40,979 nt of DNA from the NCBI GenBank assembly GCA_039683525.1, contig JBDKRF010000323.1, positions 1-40,979 on the forward strand. Direction: 5' to 3'. This document shows, piece by piece, positions 1 through 9,080 of this stretch. A program made the translations under genes and the position numbers. The notes below the pieces were generated by a model. It saw nothing but the letters and a program-made list of their open reading frames with translations, was not told where the DNA came from and did not search any database. Numbering within the stretch: position 1 is the stretch's first letter; each line of letters begins with the position of its first letter. Source of the stretch: Clostridiaceae bacterium (lineage in GTDB: Bacteria; Bacillota; Clostridia; Christensenellales; CAG-138).

Positions 1-2
1 CG

Positions 3-1652
3 ACCGAGCCTCTGCCTGCGGATTTTCAGATCTATGATTTGATCACAAGCCAACCCGCCAGAATGGAACCCGGATTCACGCTCATGACGGCGTGCTTCAA
101 CCACTCGTATTGCGCCATCATCGACGCAGACGCGCAGGTGCGCGGCTACTTGAGCAACGCTGACATGGCGCACGGCACCTCGATGATCCAGCTGGAAAAC
201 GGCAACATGCTCGCCACGGGCGATGAATACAAGCAGATTCCCTACAACATGACCTCGCTTTGGGAGTTCAACTGGCTGGGCAAGGTCTTTCGCGAGTACG
301 AGGTGCCAAACGCTGTGCATCACGACATCGTGGAGCTTGCCGACGGCAACCTCCTCTGCGTCTCCAACAGCGTCGACATGGTTGCCAAGGGTTCTCGTGA
401 GGACGTCGCCATCCTCCTCGACCGCACGAGCGGCGAAGTGATCCGTCAATATGATTTTTCAAAGATCATCGACGAAACGCGCGATCCCTATCACCACTTT
501 CATCCCAACATTATCCATGTTCCGGTCGTGGACTGGATGCACATGAACGCCGCGATTCCGTATGATGCGGGCAACGCCATCATCGTGTCGTCACCCACGC
601 AGAGCATGGTGATCTGCATCGACAAGGATACCGAGCAGCTTCAGTGGATTCTTGGCCCGCACGAGGGCTATGAAGGCAACAGCGCTTATCTCAAGCAGTA
701 TCTGCTCACACCGGTCGGCGACGGCTTTGAGTGGCAGTGGTGCCAGCATCAGCCGATGCTGTTGACCGACCAGGACCACGACCCGAACACGCTGGATCTC
801 CTCCACTTGGACAACGGGCAAAGCAAGAGTTTTGCGCGGGAAACGGCGGTTGACGCCACGCAGAACTACTCCCGCGCGGTGCAGTATCGCATCGATCCCA
901 AGGCCATGACCGTGCGGCAGATTTGGGAATACGGCAAAGAGCGCGGCGTGGAGTGCTACGCAACCTTCCTTGGCGACGCAAACTTCGAGCCGCTTACCGG
1001 CAACCGGCTGATCACCTTTGGTGGACAGCTGAGTGTCAACGGCGTGCGCACCGACGCCATTGTAGACGGTGTGCTGGGCGAGATCGTGACGCGTTCCCGC
1101 GTGGTAGAGGTCACGAGCACAGGCGAGGTCGTCTTCGAAGTCTCCATAAGAGAAGACCCTTACACCAACTCCGGCGAAACCTATCAGGCAAAGCGCATCA
1201 CGTTTTATTCGCCGAAGAGCTTCAACAGCCTGTTGGGCGAGCGAATTGGCGAGCGCGTCGGCACGTCGTATACGTGCAATGCCGCAAACATGGCACTGCC
1301 CAAGGTATTCGCAGGCAAGTTGCTGGTGCGCTTTGATAAGCTCGTCAACGAAAACGGGCGCATCGTCGCCTCCGGCGCACTAACATACGACGGAAAATCC
1401 TATCTGCTGTCCAGGGCGGTTTTCGTGCTGCAAAGCGAAACGAACAGTTATCTGTTTGATGCGATAAACGCGCTCAACGGCCAATTCTTTGGCAGCATCG
1501 ATACCGCGTCTCTCGCGCCGGGTGTGTACCAGTTCTCCATCGCGGGCGGCGTGGTGGAAGGCAACGACACCACGGCAAAAGCGAAGACGGGGCATGTGCT
1601 GACCGGGTATAAGATCACCGTGCCGGAGCCGGGTAGTACGCAAGCGCCGTAA
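3..1652 (+). CDS. Arylsulfate sulfotransferase (ASST)-family beta-propeller protein, 5'-partial
   Basis: The frame has no stop codon from nt 3, so the gene runs off the window edge. The track ORF at 39 starts at an internal TTG. Family-like motifs are HHDIVELADGN, VDWMHMNA and WQWCQHQP. The C-terminal roughly 130 aa look like an Ig-like tail. Confidence 0.6.
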   Translation, partial: TEPLPADFQIYDLITSQPARMEPGFTLMTACFNHSYCAIIDADAQVRGYLSNADMAHGTSMIQLENGNMLATGDEYKQIPYNMTSLWEFNWLGKVFREYEVPNAVHHDIVELADGNLLCVSNSVDMVAKGSREDVAILLDRTSGEVIRQYDFSKIIDETRDPYHHFHPNIIHVPVVDWMHMNAAIPYDAGNAIIVSSPTQSMVICIDKDTEQLQWILGPHEGYEGNSAYLKQYLLTPVGDGFEWQWCQHQPMLLTDQDHDPNTLDLLHLDNGQSKSFARETAVDATQNYSRAVQYRIDPKAMTVRQIWEYGKERGVECYATFLGDANFEPLTGNRLITFGGQLSVNGVRTDAIVDGVLGEIVTRSRVVEVTSTGEVVFEVSIREDPYTNSGETYQAKRITFYSPKSFNSLLGERIGERVGTSYTCNAANMALPKVFAGKLLVRFDKLVNENGRIVASGALTYDGKSYLLSRAVFVLQSETNSYLFDAINALNGQFFGSIDTASLAPGVYQFSIAGGVVEGNDTTAKAKTGHVLTGYKITVPEPGSTQAP

Positions 1653-1700
1653 CGGCTCTCTTCCCTATTCTGATTTAATCCATGAACGAGGTATTTCAGC

Positions 1701-2243
1701 TTGAAAAAACGATCGGTCCCAACACTCATCGCACTCATGACTGCGCTTCTTTTCCTCTGCGCCGGTTGTGCCACCCAGGCGAAAACGCGCGCCAAAGAGG
1801 CAAAACCGGATCCTTCTCTCGTCTGGCAAATTACGGTGGAAGAAAGCGAAATCACCAGCAGTATCTCCTCAACCAAAGCGTTTGTCGCATACGGCGGAGA
1901 CGTCAATCAGGTCAGCTTCAGCGATCAACCCTCCGATGGAAACGTCTATCTGCTGGTGCTGATGAGCATCGATAAAAACCAACCGGGTAAGGATAAATTT
2001 CTCTGGAGTGATCTCTCCGTAATGGATAAGGACGGCAACGCCTATGCGCGCCTCGAGAACGATACGTTTCTGGAGTTGCATGGACTGCCGCGCATCAAGG
2101 CGACCGATCTCTCCATCGGAAACAACCACGGGTATGTCTGCTTTGAGGTACCCGCGACGGTAGATCCCTCTAAACTGACGCTGACTTACGCCGCGGAAGG
2201 CTCCGCGCAACAGATCAGCCTTTCGCCGAGTGAAAGTAAGTAA
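1701..2243 (+). CDS. Secreted lipoprotein, DUF4352-like beta-sandwich
   Basis: TTG start with GAGG 9 nt upstream. Signal peptide with lipobox LFLCAG-C (MKKRSVPTLIALMTALLFLCAGC). The mature part resembles DUF4352-type Ig-like domains (YLLVLMSIDKN, GYVCFEVP). Confidence 0.6.
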   Translation: MKKRSVPTLIALMTALLFLCAGCATQAKTRAKEAKPDPSLVWQITVEESEITSSISSTKAFVAYGGDVNQVSFSDQPSDGNVYLLVLMSIDKNQPGKDKFLWSDLSVMDKDGNAYARLENDTFLELHGLPRIKATDLSIGNNHGYVCFEVPATVDPSKLTLTYAAEGSAQQISLSPSESK

Positions 2244-2285
2244 AAGGCATCGTAGTAATTTCAGATTTCGAGGCTAAGAAACTTA

Positions 2286-2312
2286 AATGCCACCCTTTGG
2301 GGTGGCATTTTT
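2286..2312 (+). terminator. Rho-independent terminator, possibly bidirectional between convergent genes
   Basis: Perfect 10-bp stem aatgccaccc / gggtggcatt with loop tttg, followed by a T-run. It lies 43 nt after the lipoprotein stop. Confidence 0.85.
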
Positions 2313-2452
2313 CGTTCGCGTGCATTTCTGTCTCTTACGAAAAGCTTATCATAATCCGAAAACACTGGGAATGCATCAAGCCTTTTGAGGAATGTCAAAT
2401 ATAATAGAATCGAAGTAGCTTATCCATTCCAGTTTCTGACGAGCTACACAAA

Positions 2453-3595
2453 CTATTCCGCGCGGATGATGATATATTGTTCTGGCGTGCCGTTTTCGTC
2501 CCGTTCTGTAAGCTCCTCGAAAACAATTAACACCATCGAATCTTTGAGCAAGGAATTCAGGCTTTGCTGGTCGAAATTGGATGACGATGCGATCACGCCT
2601 TGGTCATCCACATAGTCGCCAATGAAAACCCCGCTAATCGTAAGTAATTGTTGTCCGGATTGTTGACACGTATAAATCATGATAGAACCAAATGTCCGGT
2701 TGGAAATCGGCTTTCCGTCTAAGTCAGTCAATTGAATGGTAAAATTATCGCTGTATATTCTTCCTTCTGCAATAAGAGCAGCAAACATAGGCATAGTTGC
2801 TTCCGACTCGCTGCTCGCAGATCTAACCGTAAACGGATTCGAAGTGTACGTCTCATATCCTTCCAAGCGAATCGAATAGACATACTCTCCGGGTACGACA
2901 TCGTCGATTTGCGCACATACTCCGTCGGCATCGGAGATTACTTCCCGGATATCCCCTGTGTCAAGATTCGTCAGTTGCACAGTCGCACCCGCTAGCGGCT
3001 GATCTCCCATCAAGGGTTCCAAAAAATTGATGATAACGCAGTCAGTCACAATGAACAAAAAATTGTTCGCTTCATATATTGATTCGGGGACTGGTCCGTC
3101 TGGCATGTCAATCGAATCGTTCGTCGGGATGATGTTTGCCAGATACTGGCAGTGCGATTCCACCGTCAGGGTGACGTCGCCGCAGACTGTTTGCGTTGGA
3201 GGCGCGCTCAAATTATCTTCCACAATCGGTTTGCCATCTTTGCCAGCGTCATCGGGCGTTTGTGCCGTATCTTGCTGAGTCGCCTGCGCAAGTTCGCCGG
3301 TTGGCGCAGGCGCTCTGCTGATCAGAAACACGATCACTCCAACCGCAACGGCCAAAAACGCGAACAGTACGACCGCGAGAATCTTGAATCCGCCCGCATT
3401 GCGAGGCTTTTCTTCGCTTCCGGTACGGGGGGCGCTTTTTCCGGCTGGCTGTGCATAGCGGTAGTTTGCGCCCGGCTGCGGCTCGGTTTGCGCTTGCTTT
3501 GCTGTGGGTTCCGGTGTCATCCGGAGTGCCCCGCAAAGCATACAGACGCTATTACCTTCCTCATTTAACGTTTCACACTTTTTACAAGACCACAT
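2453..3595 (-). CDS. Zinc-ribbon (RanBP2-type) single-pass membrane protein with a PEGA/CarboxypepD_reg-like ectodomain
   Basis: N-terminus MWSCKKCETLNEEGNSVCMLC fits W-x-C-x2-C-x3-N-x6-C-x2-C exactly. TM is FKILAVVLFAFLAVAVGVIVFLI. The C-terminal module (GDVTLTVESHCQYLANIIPTN, QLTNLDTGD, PGEYVYSIRLEGYETYTS) is paralogous to the C-terminus of 19578..21809. RBS GGAG lies upstream of the ATG. Confidence 0.8.
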   Translation of the reverse strand: MWSCKKCETLNEEGNSVCMLCGALRMTPEPTAKQAQTEPQPGANYRYAQPAGKSAPRTGSEEKPRNAGGFKILAVVLFAFLAVAVGVIVFLISRAPAPTGELAQATQQDTAQTPDDAGKDGKPIVEDNLSAPPTQTVCGDVTLTVESHCQYLANIIPTNDSIDMPDGPVPESIYEANNFLFIVTDCVIINFLEPLMGDQPLAGATVQLTNLDTGDIREVISDADGVCAQIDDVVPGEYVYSIRLEGYETYTSNPFTVRSASSESEATMPMFAALIAEGRIYSDNFTIQLTDLDGKPISNRTFGSIMIYTCQQSGQQLLTISGVFIGDYVDDQGVIASSSNFDQQSLNSLLKDSMVLIVFEELTERDENGTPEQYIIIRAE

Positions 3596-3830
3596 GTTTT
3601 CTCCACATGAATTTGAATTTTCTTATGTTTTCAGTTCTGTTGATAAAGCACTGTTTTAAATGAAGTTGATCCAACGTATCACGTCGCAGCGCATCAAGTG
3701 CCTCTTTGTCGCTGCTTACCATAGCGCGGATGCCGGAACGGATTGGCGGATAAACGATTCCTTGGGATCGAATAACATGAATTATTATTCGCTCCGGTGT
3801 TACGTTGGCCGAATCAAAGATGCCAGTACA

Positions 3831-4457
3831 TTACAATGAACGCGGCGCGTGGAACGCGTTGTTCTGTTTTTGCTCTTGATAACCAATTCTAGCGGAGGGA
3901 CAAAGACTGGTCATAGTTCTCAACAACCGCTGTCCTTCCTCCTCGCTCGCTACGGGAAGCGAGAAAAGTATCTGGTTTTTACAATGCACTTTGATTTCGA
4001 ATTGAACCGAATTTGATTTGGCAACGGTTATGCCATACGCCTTTGTCTTGTGGGTAATATTGTTTTGTTGAATATGCATCCAAACAACGTCGGCAGTTTT
4101 CCAAATATGCGCTGTTATACCCTGTCTATATGCAATAAAGTAGGAATGGAATCGAACATCAATCGCTTGAAAACCCGGTTGTGGCGTAAGTGCATCGATT
4201 GCTGCCAGCACGTTGTCCCGATTGCCGATAGAATCCACTTCTGCAAGAAACGCGTCTATACTCTTCTGACCATTTGCACCTTTCGCAGACAAAGCAGCAA
4301 TCAAAGCCGCTAATCCAAAGAATAAAATCCCCCAGATAATTCCCTGTTCACCAAGCGTGATCGCAAGTATGCCTGGAACCAAAAACAATGCCGCAAACAT
4401 GATACCGCATCCCGCACTAGATTTGGATGCTTTTTTAATTTCTGAGAACCAAGACAT
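3831..4457 (-). CDS. Two-TM membrane protein of unknown function (no zinc ribbon)
   Basis: Two hydrophobic helices (GCGIMFAALFLVPGILAITL and IIWGILFFGLAALIAALSA) followed by a roughly 140-aa soluble domain. Same strand and composition as the island. Confidence 0.55.
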   Translation of the reverse strand: MSWFSEIKKASKSSAGCGIMFAALFLVPGILAITLGEQGIIWGILFFGLAALIAALSAKGANGQKSIDAFLAEVDSIGNRDNVLAAIDALTPQPGFQAIDVRFHSYFIAYRQGITAHIWKTADVVWMHIQQNNITHKTKAYGITVAKSNSVQFEIKVHCKNQILFSLPVASEEEGQRLLRTMTSLCPSARIGYQEQKQNNAFHAPRSL

Positions 4458-4559
4458 AGAACGATCCCCTTATCAATTATTTCATTTCTTCAACGGTAGT
4501 AACAAAATCGATCGGAACAATATTACGTAATGGTCTATCAAGTGCCGCCCTGTCGTGTC

Positions 4560-5594
4560 TCACCCAAGCACCGATGCTGGATCCGATTGACGGATATACG
4601 AGTCCCTTGGATCAAACAACATATAGGATTGTCGTTTGATCTGATCCATCTCGTCAACAAAATCATAATAGCCTTCCGGCAACTCGTCCGTTTCAGAATA
4701 CAATTTAGGAAGTTCCCCATGAATTATTTCAAAGGATTCACCGTTGGGTAAGAAGCTCATCGCTCGATAATAATAATCATACGTCATCGAGAGAAATGGC
4801 ATCCCATAGCAGCAAATGAGAAGGTATGATTCCCCTTCGCTCGTATATATCCCCAACGCACAACCTTTCGGGTCAAAGTACGTCTCGGCGGTATAGATCG
4901 CAACAACGGAGTCATTCTGACAGGTAAAAACGGTTAAATTGATTATTTCCTTGCCATATGTATTGTCGAGGATAAGCATTTCTTCCTCACCATCATGCGT
5001 TAAGTCCGCTAAAAAGACATTATATTTGTTCGTCGCATTCTCATATACAGGGTCCTCTAGCTTGTTGTCCCATCCATAATTCTCCGCAAAATATGCATAA
5101 TAGAGCTCCTTCGCTCTTGATGATTGCTCTGTCCGCGGTTGCTGCTCGGGTGCTTCGGTCGGAAGATTCTGTTCGTTCTGTGGCTCTTGTTCGGTCTGCG
5201 GCTCTTGTGCAGACTGACTTGGTTGATATCCGCCAAGCAATCTCGGCAGCAACAGAACGGCTGCGATACAAACAATAGCGGCGGCAACAATCACCACCAC
5301 ATTGTTGTTTGACTTGGTCGAAGGATGAGACTTTCTGCTTTCCTCTGCGCCCGCGCAATATCGGCATACAGTTAACCCTGGCTCGAGTTGTCTTCCGCAT
5401 CTGCCGCAAAACTTTGGTGCACTCTCATGCCCGAACCTGTTTTGTTCGGTGTAGCCTGGTGCGGTGTAGCTAGGTTTAGTGAAGTTTGATGTTGTGTTGT
5501 TTGGTGTCGAGTGGTTTGGCGCGGCTGCCTTGCACATGCGACATGCCGTACACGTATCTGGGTTTTGACAACCGCAGGTCTTACATTTCCACAT
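4560..5594 (-). CDS. Double zinc-ribbon single-pass membrane protein, variable ectodomain A
   Basis: First ribbon MWKCKTCGCQNPDTCTACRMC is RanBP2-type. Second ribbon is CGRCGRQLEPGLTVCRYC. TM is VVVIVAAAIVCIAAVLLLP, followed by a QEPQ-repeat linker. The ectodomain contains LADLTHDGEEEMLIL. RBS AAAGGAAAG. Confidence 0.8.
   Translation of the reverse strand: MWKCKTCGCQNPDTCTACRMCKAAAPNHSTPNNTTSNFTKPSYTAPGYTEQNRFGHESAPKFCGRCGRQLEPGLTVCRYCAGAEESRKSHPSTKSNNNVVVIVAAAIVCIAAVLLLPRLLGGYQPSQSAQEPQTEQEPQNEQNLPTEAPEQQPRTEQSSRAKELYYAYFAENYGWDNKLEDPVYENATNKYNVFLADLTHDGEEEMLILDNTYGKEIINLTVFTCQNDSVVAIYTAETYFDPKGCALGIYTSEGESYLLICCYGMPFLSMTYDYYYRAMSFLPNGESFEIIHGELPKLYSETDELPEGYYDFVDEMDQIKRQSYMLFDPRDSYIRQSDPASVLG
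5160..5594 (-). repeat. Direct repeat copy 1 (about 435 bp, zinc ribbon-TM-linker cassette)
   Basis: Manual alignment to 6386..6820. I counted 12 mismatches in the 194 nt nearest the ATG and fewer further in, so roughly 94-97% identity. Confidence 0.85.
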
Positions 5595-5779
5595 TTTTTT
5601 TGCTTTCCTTTGTTTGCTTTTTGATTCAGCGTATGCGGCCTTGAGTGCTTTTTAAACCCACATTGACATGCAACATTGTAGCAACGCTTATTTGCTGGCT
5701 AAATGCACTCGCCGTTTTGTTCGGTAACGCTGGCGTAGAAGCAATACTTACATATTGCTTTTACATACATCGTCGCGTA

Positions 5780-6820
5780 TCATCCGTTTGCTCGCGAAAC
5801 AGAACACCACGTTTTTTCTGTAAAACTTCCATCCCCGTTGAGCCAATAGAATCGAAACACATAACCTTTATATTCAAATTCCGCATCGTACTCTCCGTAA
5901 TAATGCGACATACCTTGTTGCTTGAGCGACTCTACCCATGAAAGAAACTCTTCCGGATTGGAAGGATCAAAATCAGGATTTGTCTCAATCATGGATGGGG
6001 TAAGGACTGAGGGTTGATTGATCCATTCGCGATAAAGATTTGCAATACTAATCTCGACTGAATCGCAATCGTCACCGTCTCTGAATGTATCCATATCGTC
6101 CAATTGCCAATGCTCATACTCTACGTAAAAATCTTCGGATGTCCAGGTATACCAGTATTCAGTAGGAACGACAAGTTCGCCAAAATCAAAACGATGATCT
6201 TGAGAATGCTCAAAAATAATCCTGTTTGCTCCATTAACATCGAATAAAACTTGCGAAACTCCACCCAATGTTTGTTCGACTTCGGAAAATGAAAGCCCTA
6301 GAAAGCGAATATTGTCATCTAGGAGGATTGCATCACACAAGGAGGTCAGCGATTTCACCTCTTGTGCTTCTTCTTGCTTAGGAGCCGGAGGATTTTGCTC
6401 AAACTGCGGCTCTTGCACAGTCTGCGGCTCTTGTACAGACTGACTCGGTTGATACCCGCCAAGCAATCTCGGCAGTAACAGAACGGCTGCGATACAAACA
6501 ATAGCGGCTGCAACAATCACCACCACATTGTTGTTTGACTTTGTCGAAGGATGAGACTTTCTACTTTCCTCTGCGCCCGCGCAATATCGGCATACAGTTA
6601 ACCCTGGCTCGAGTTGTCTTCCGCATCTGCCGCAAAACTTTGGTGCACTCTCATGCCCGAACCTGTTTTGCTCGGTGTAGCCTGGTGCGGTGTAGATAGG
6701 TTTAGTGAAGTTTGATGTTGTGTTGTTTGGTGTTGAGTAGTTGGGCGCTGCTGCCTTGCACATGCGACATGCCGCACATGTATCCGGATTTTGACACCCG
6801 CAGGTCTTGCATTTCCACAT
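5780..6820 (-). CDS. Double zinc-ribbon single-pass membrane protein, variable ectodomain B (paralog of 4560..5594)
   Basis: The first roughly 145 aa are nearly identical to 4560..5594 (7 substitutions). The C-terminal roughly 200 aa are unrelated. RBS AAGGGAAA. Confidence 0.8.
   Translation of the reverse strand: MWKCKTCGCQNPDTCAACRMCKAAAPNYSTPNNTTSNFTKPIYTAPGYTEQNRFGHESAPKFCGRCGRQLEPGLTVCRYCAGAEESRKSHPSTKSNNNVVVIVAAAIVCIAAVLLLPRLLGGYQPSQSVQEPQTVQEPQFEQNPPAPKQEEAQEVKSLTSLCDAILLDDNIRFLGLSFSEVEQTLGGVSQVLFDVNGANRIIFEHSQDHRFDFGELVVPTEYWYTWTSEDFYVEYEHWQLDDMDTFRDGDDCDSVEISIANLYREWINQPSVLTPSMIETNPDFDPSNPEEFLSWVESLKQQGMSHYYGEYDAEFEYKGYVFRFYWLNGDGSFTEKTWCSVSRANG
6386..6820 (-). repeat. Direct repeat copy 2 (about 435 bp, zinc ribbon-TM-linker cassette)
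   Basis: Same alignment as copy 1. The copies are offset by 1226 bp in the same orientation. Confidence 0.85.
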
Positions 6821-6866
6821 TTTTCCGTTTCCCTTTGTACGTTCTAAATTGCTCGTTTCTATTACG

Positions 6867-7739
6867 CTAACTCATAATCAGGTTTGTGATCTTGCAGTTG
6901 ACGGTGTTCGAATAAGGATTGTATTGCTTCGGAGGTTGAACCGCTACCTCGGAAAAAGAGATCTCTCTCTCAAAAACTATATCGTATGTGCATTCTGAGT
7001 CGTTTTGTAATGTAATGTCCTGAATATAGACCCAGTCCGTTCCGTTCTCACGAACCCAAACCGACCATTGATCACCGATGATATCGCCGTTCGTTAGAAC
7101 TGACTTGAAAGTAAGTGTAAATCCGTAACAGTTCGTCACCATCGGCGTAACTTGATAAACCGGGCCAACATAGCTCTTCATGGTTCGGTTTCCGGACCAG
7201 CAAAACTCATATCTCTGATCGTTTCCTGTTGTGAGATAATAAGTTATGGTTATGTTCTTTCCATCCGTTCCGATGATCGGTATCGGTTCATTGTATCCCA
7301 GACCTGGATCAACCAATATGTTTCCGGCATTGATTGTGCCATCGGGCGAGCAAGTAACCCCTACATCGTTTGCTGCACATGACCAGGTCATATGATCAGC
7401 GTCATCCCCTGACAGGCCAAAATCGCTAGTGCTACATTGGTAAATTTGTCGGAAGTTCAATGTCAGATAAACCGGCTCAAAGGCTGTGACTGCTTGTGCA
7501 GATACAGTGCTCAGCACTGGGTTACCTCGTGTTTGATTGCTTAATAAGAATACGATAAGGCCAACGATCAGCGCCGCAATCGTGATCGCGATCACTTTAA
7601 AAGAGGCTGAGCACTTCTTCCGATTTGTTCTCTGTTTCTTTTCTTCCAACAACGTCTCAACTTCATACGCTTTTCCGCATACTATACACGCAGATTGTTC
7701 GTCTTCATTAATCGTTTCGCAACAGGTACATTTCCACAT
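6867..7739 (-). CDS. Zinc-ribbon (RanBP2-type) single-pass membrane protein, variable ectodomain C
   Basis: MWKCTCCETINEDEQSACIVC fits the RanBP2 spacing. TM is FKVIAITIAALIVGLIVFLL. The roughly 210-aa ectodomain is beta-rich. RBS AGAGGATGGG. Confidence 0.75.
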   Translation of the reverse strand: MWKCTCCETINEDEQSACIVCGKAYEVETLLEEKKQRTNRKKCSASFKVIAITIAALIVGLIVFLLSNQTRGNPVLSTVSAQAVTAFEPVYLTLNFRQIYQCSTSDFGLSGDDADHMTWSCAANDVGVTCSPDGTINAGNILVDPGLGYNEPIPIIGTDGKNITITYYLTTGNDQRYEFCWSGNRTMKSYVGPVYQVTPMVTNCYGFTLTFKSVLTNGDIIGDQWSVWVRENGTDWVYIQDITLQNDSECTYDIVFEREISFSEVAVQPPKQYNPYSNTVNCKITNLIMS

Positions 7740-7815
7740 TATCCCATCCTCTAATCCGATTCACACATCGAATCATCCTATTCCATATCTTTGCTTCGTC
7801 TTAATGAAAAGAACG

Positions 7816-9009
7816 TTATGGCATTTTCACAAATATGCAACCGACGGTAACATAAGCGTAGAAGCTCAACTCTGTTGCCACTCCATCAACGATTGTGACG
7901 ACGGGCATGCTTAGGCTAGAAAAGAACGATTCGAAGCACTTTTCCGGATGATCGACGAATAAGTAATACTGATCGAGCGCAGAACCAACTGCACCTTCAT
8001 CGTTATATACCGTTAACGTCGCTGGAACACGAAACTGAATGCGCTCTTCCAATAAATGCAGTGCCCAGTAACTTCCCCATCCGCTCGCATCTACCAGCAC
8101 ATAATCCCAACCTTGGTTTCTAAAATAATTCGCATGCGGAAACGCATCCACCTTAAGAATGAGACGCGTGTCCCGCCCGTATTCGATGATTTGATTCTCT
8201 TCATCAAACACATAAGCCTCTCCATTCGGGTCTGGATTGATCGACGCCCCATAATTAAAATTACTATCGTTCAGAACGTAATACCGTTCTGATTTCAGCT
8301 CGCCAATCTTCCCGGTTAGCAAGTCAACATATCCATTGGCAAGTATTGTCTGATACTCACTCTCGGAAAACACAACCTCTTTGTCATGTGTGATATATGC
8401 GTCAACGATGATCTCATTTGCCTGTTGGTCAAGATTTGCGGAAGCAACATAGACGCGCGCATCCGTATATGTAACGTTTGTCTTTGGTTGCTCGCTTTGC
8501 TGTGCGGGCGGAGTCTCTTGATCGGTTCCAGTTTCTTGCTCGTTTTCGACATTCGCAGCAGCCCCATCGTTACCGTCGTTCACGTTAGGGGCATCCGCGA
8601 TAGGAGCATCCGAGTTGTTCTCTTCAACTGGTGTTGACTCAACCTGCAAGGTATCGTTCGCGTGTACAGGCGAAATCATACCTGACACTGCGGCTACCCC
8701 AACTAAAAAAACGACCGCAGCAGCGGAGATTGTTGCGATCTTAACAACAGAACGCACACGATCGAATGAGGTTCCCTTCATTCGGTACGTCGTCGGTTCT
8801 GTAACACCCGGTCTGCAGTAGCGGCAAGTCGTCTCGCCTTCCATCAACGGTTTCCCGCATTTGCCACAATAGCGCTCAACTCGGTCCGTCTTAAAGACAG
8901 GGCGCTCTCTTCTAGGTTCGGCAACGCCTGATGATTTGCTTGCCCTGCACATGCGGCAACTCATAACGGGATCCGGGTTTTGACATCCGCAGGTTTTACA
9001 TTTCCACAT
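7816..9009 (-). CDS. Double zinc-ribbon single-pass membrane protein, variable ectodomain D
   Basis: The track ORF extends to 9045. I prefer the ATG at 9009, which gives MWKCKTCGCQNPDPVMSCRMC, because GAGAGGAA sits 7-8 nt upstream and the start then matches the paralogs. Second ribbon is CGKCGKPLMEGETTCRYC. TM is VVKIATISAAAVVFLVGVAAV. Confidence 0.75.
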   Translation of the reverse strand: MWKCKTCGCQNPDPVMSCRMCRASKSSGVAEPRRERPVFKTDRVERYCGKCGKPLMEGETTCRYCRPGVTEPTTYRMKGTSFDRVRSVVKIATISAAAVVFLVGVAAVSGMISPVHANDTLQVESTPVEENNSDAPIADAPNVNDGNDGAAANVENEQETGTDQETPPAQQSEQPKTNVTYTDARVYVASANLDQQANEIIVDAYITHDKEVVFSESEYQTILANGYVDLLTGKIGELKSERYYVLNDSNFNYGASINPDPNGEAYVFDEENQIIEYGRDTRLILKVDAFPHANYFRNQGWDYVLVDASGWGSYWALHLLEERIQFRVPATLTVYNDEGAVGSALDQYYLFVDHPEKCFESFFSSLSMPVVTIVDGVATELSFYAYVTVGCIFVKMP

Positions 9010-9080
9010 GTTACCATTCCTCTCGATACTCACGTCAATGCTCACCTAGATCGTCTCGCAATCTCAATCGTATTCATTCT

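Noticed and set aside
923-1336. Alternative-frame and antisense ORFs inside the arylsulfotransferase and lipoprotein genes. Examples are 268-462, 706-981, 923-1336, 1448-1906 and 1869-2210.
   Set aside because: They overlap longer ORFs that carry family motifs or signal peptides, and their translations are Arg-rich low-complexity sequence.
3588-3722. A 44-codon minus-strand ORF (MVSSDKEALDALRRDTLDQLHLKQCF...) in the 235-nt gap upstream of 2453..3595.
   Set aside because: It is short, has no clear RBS, and overlaps the start of the next gene out of frame. It cannot be distinguished from chance without conservation data.
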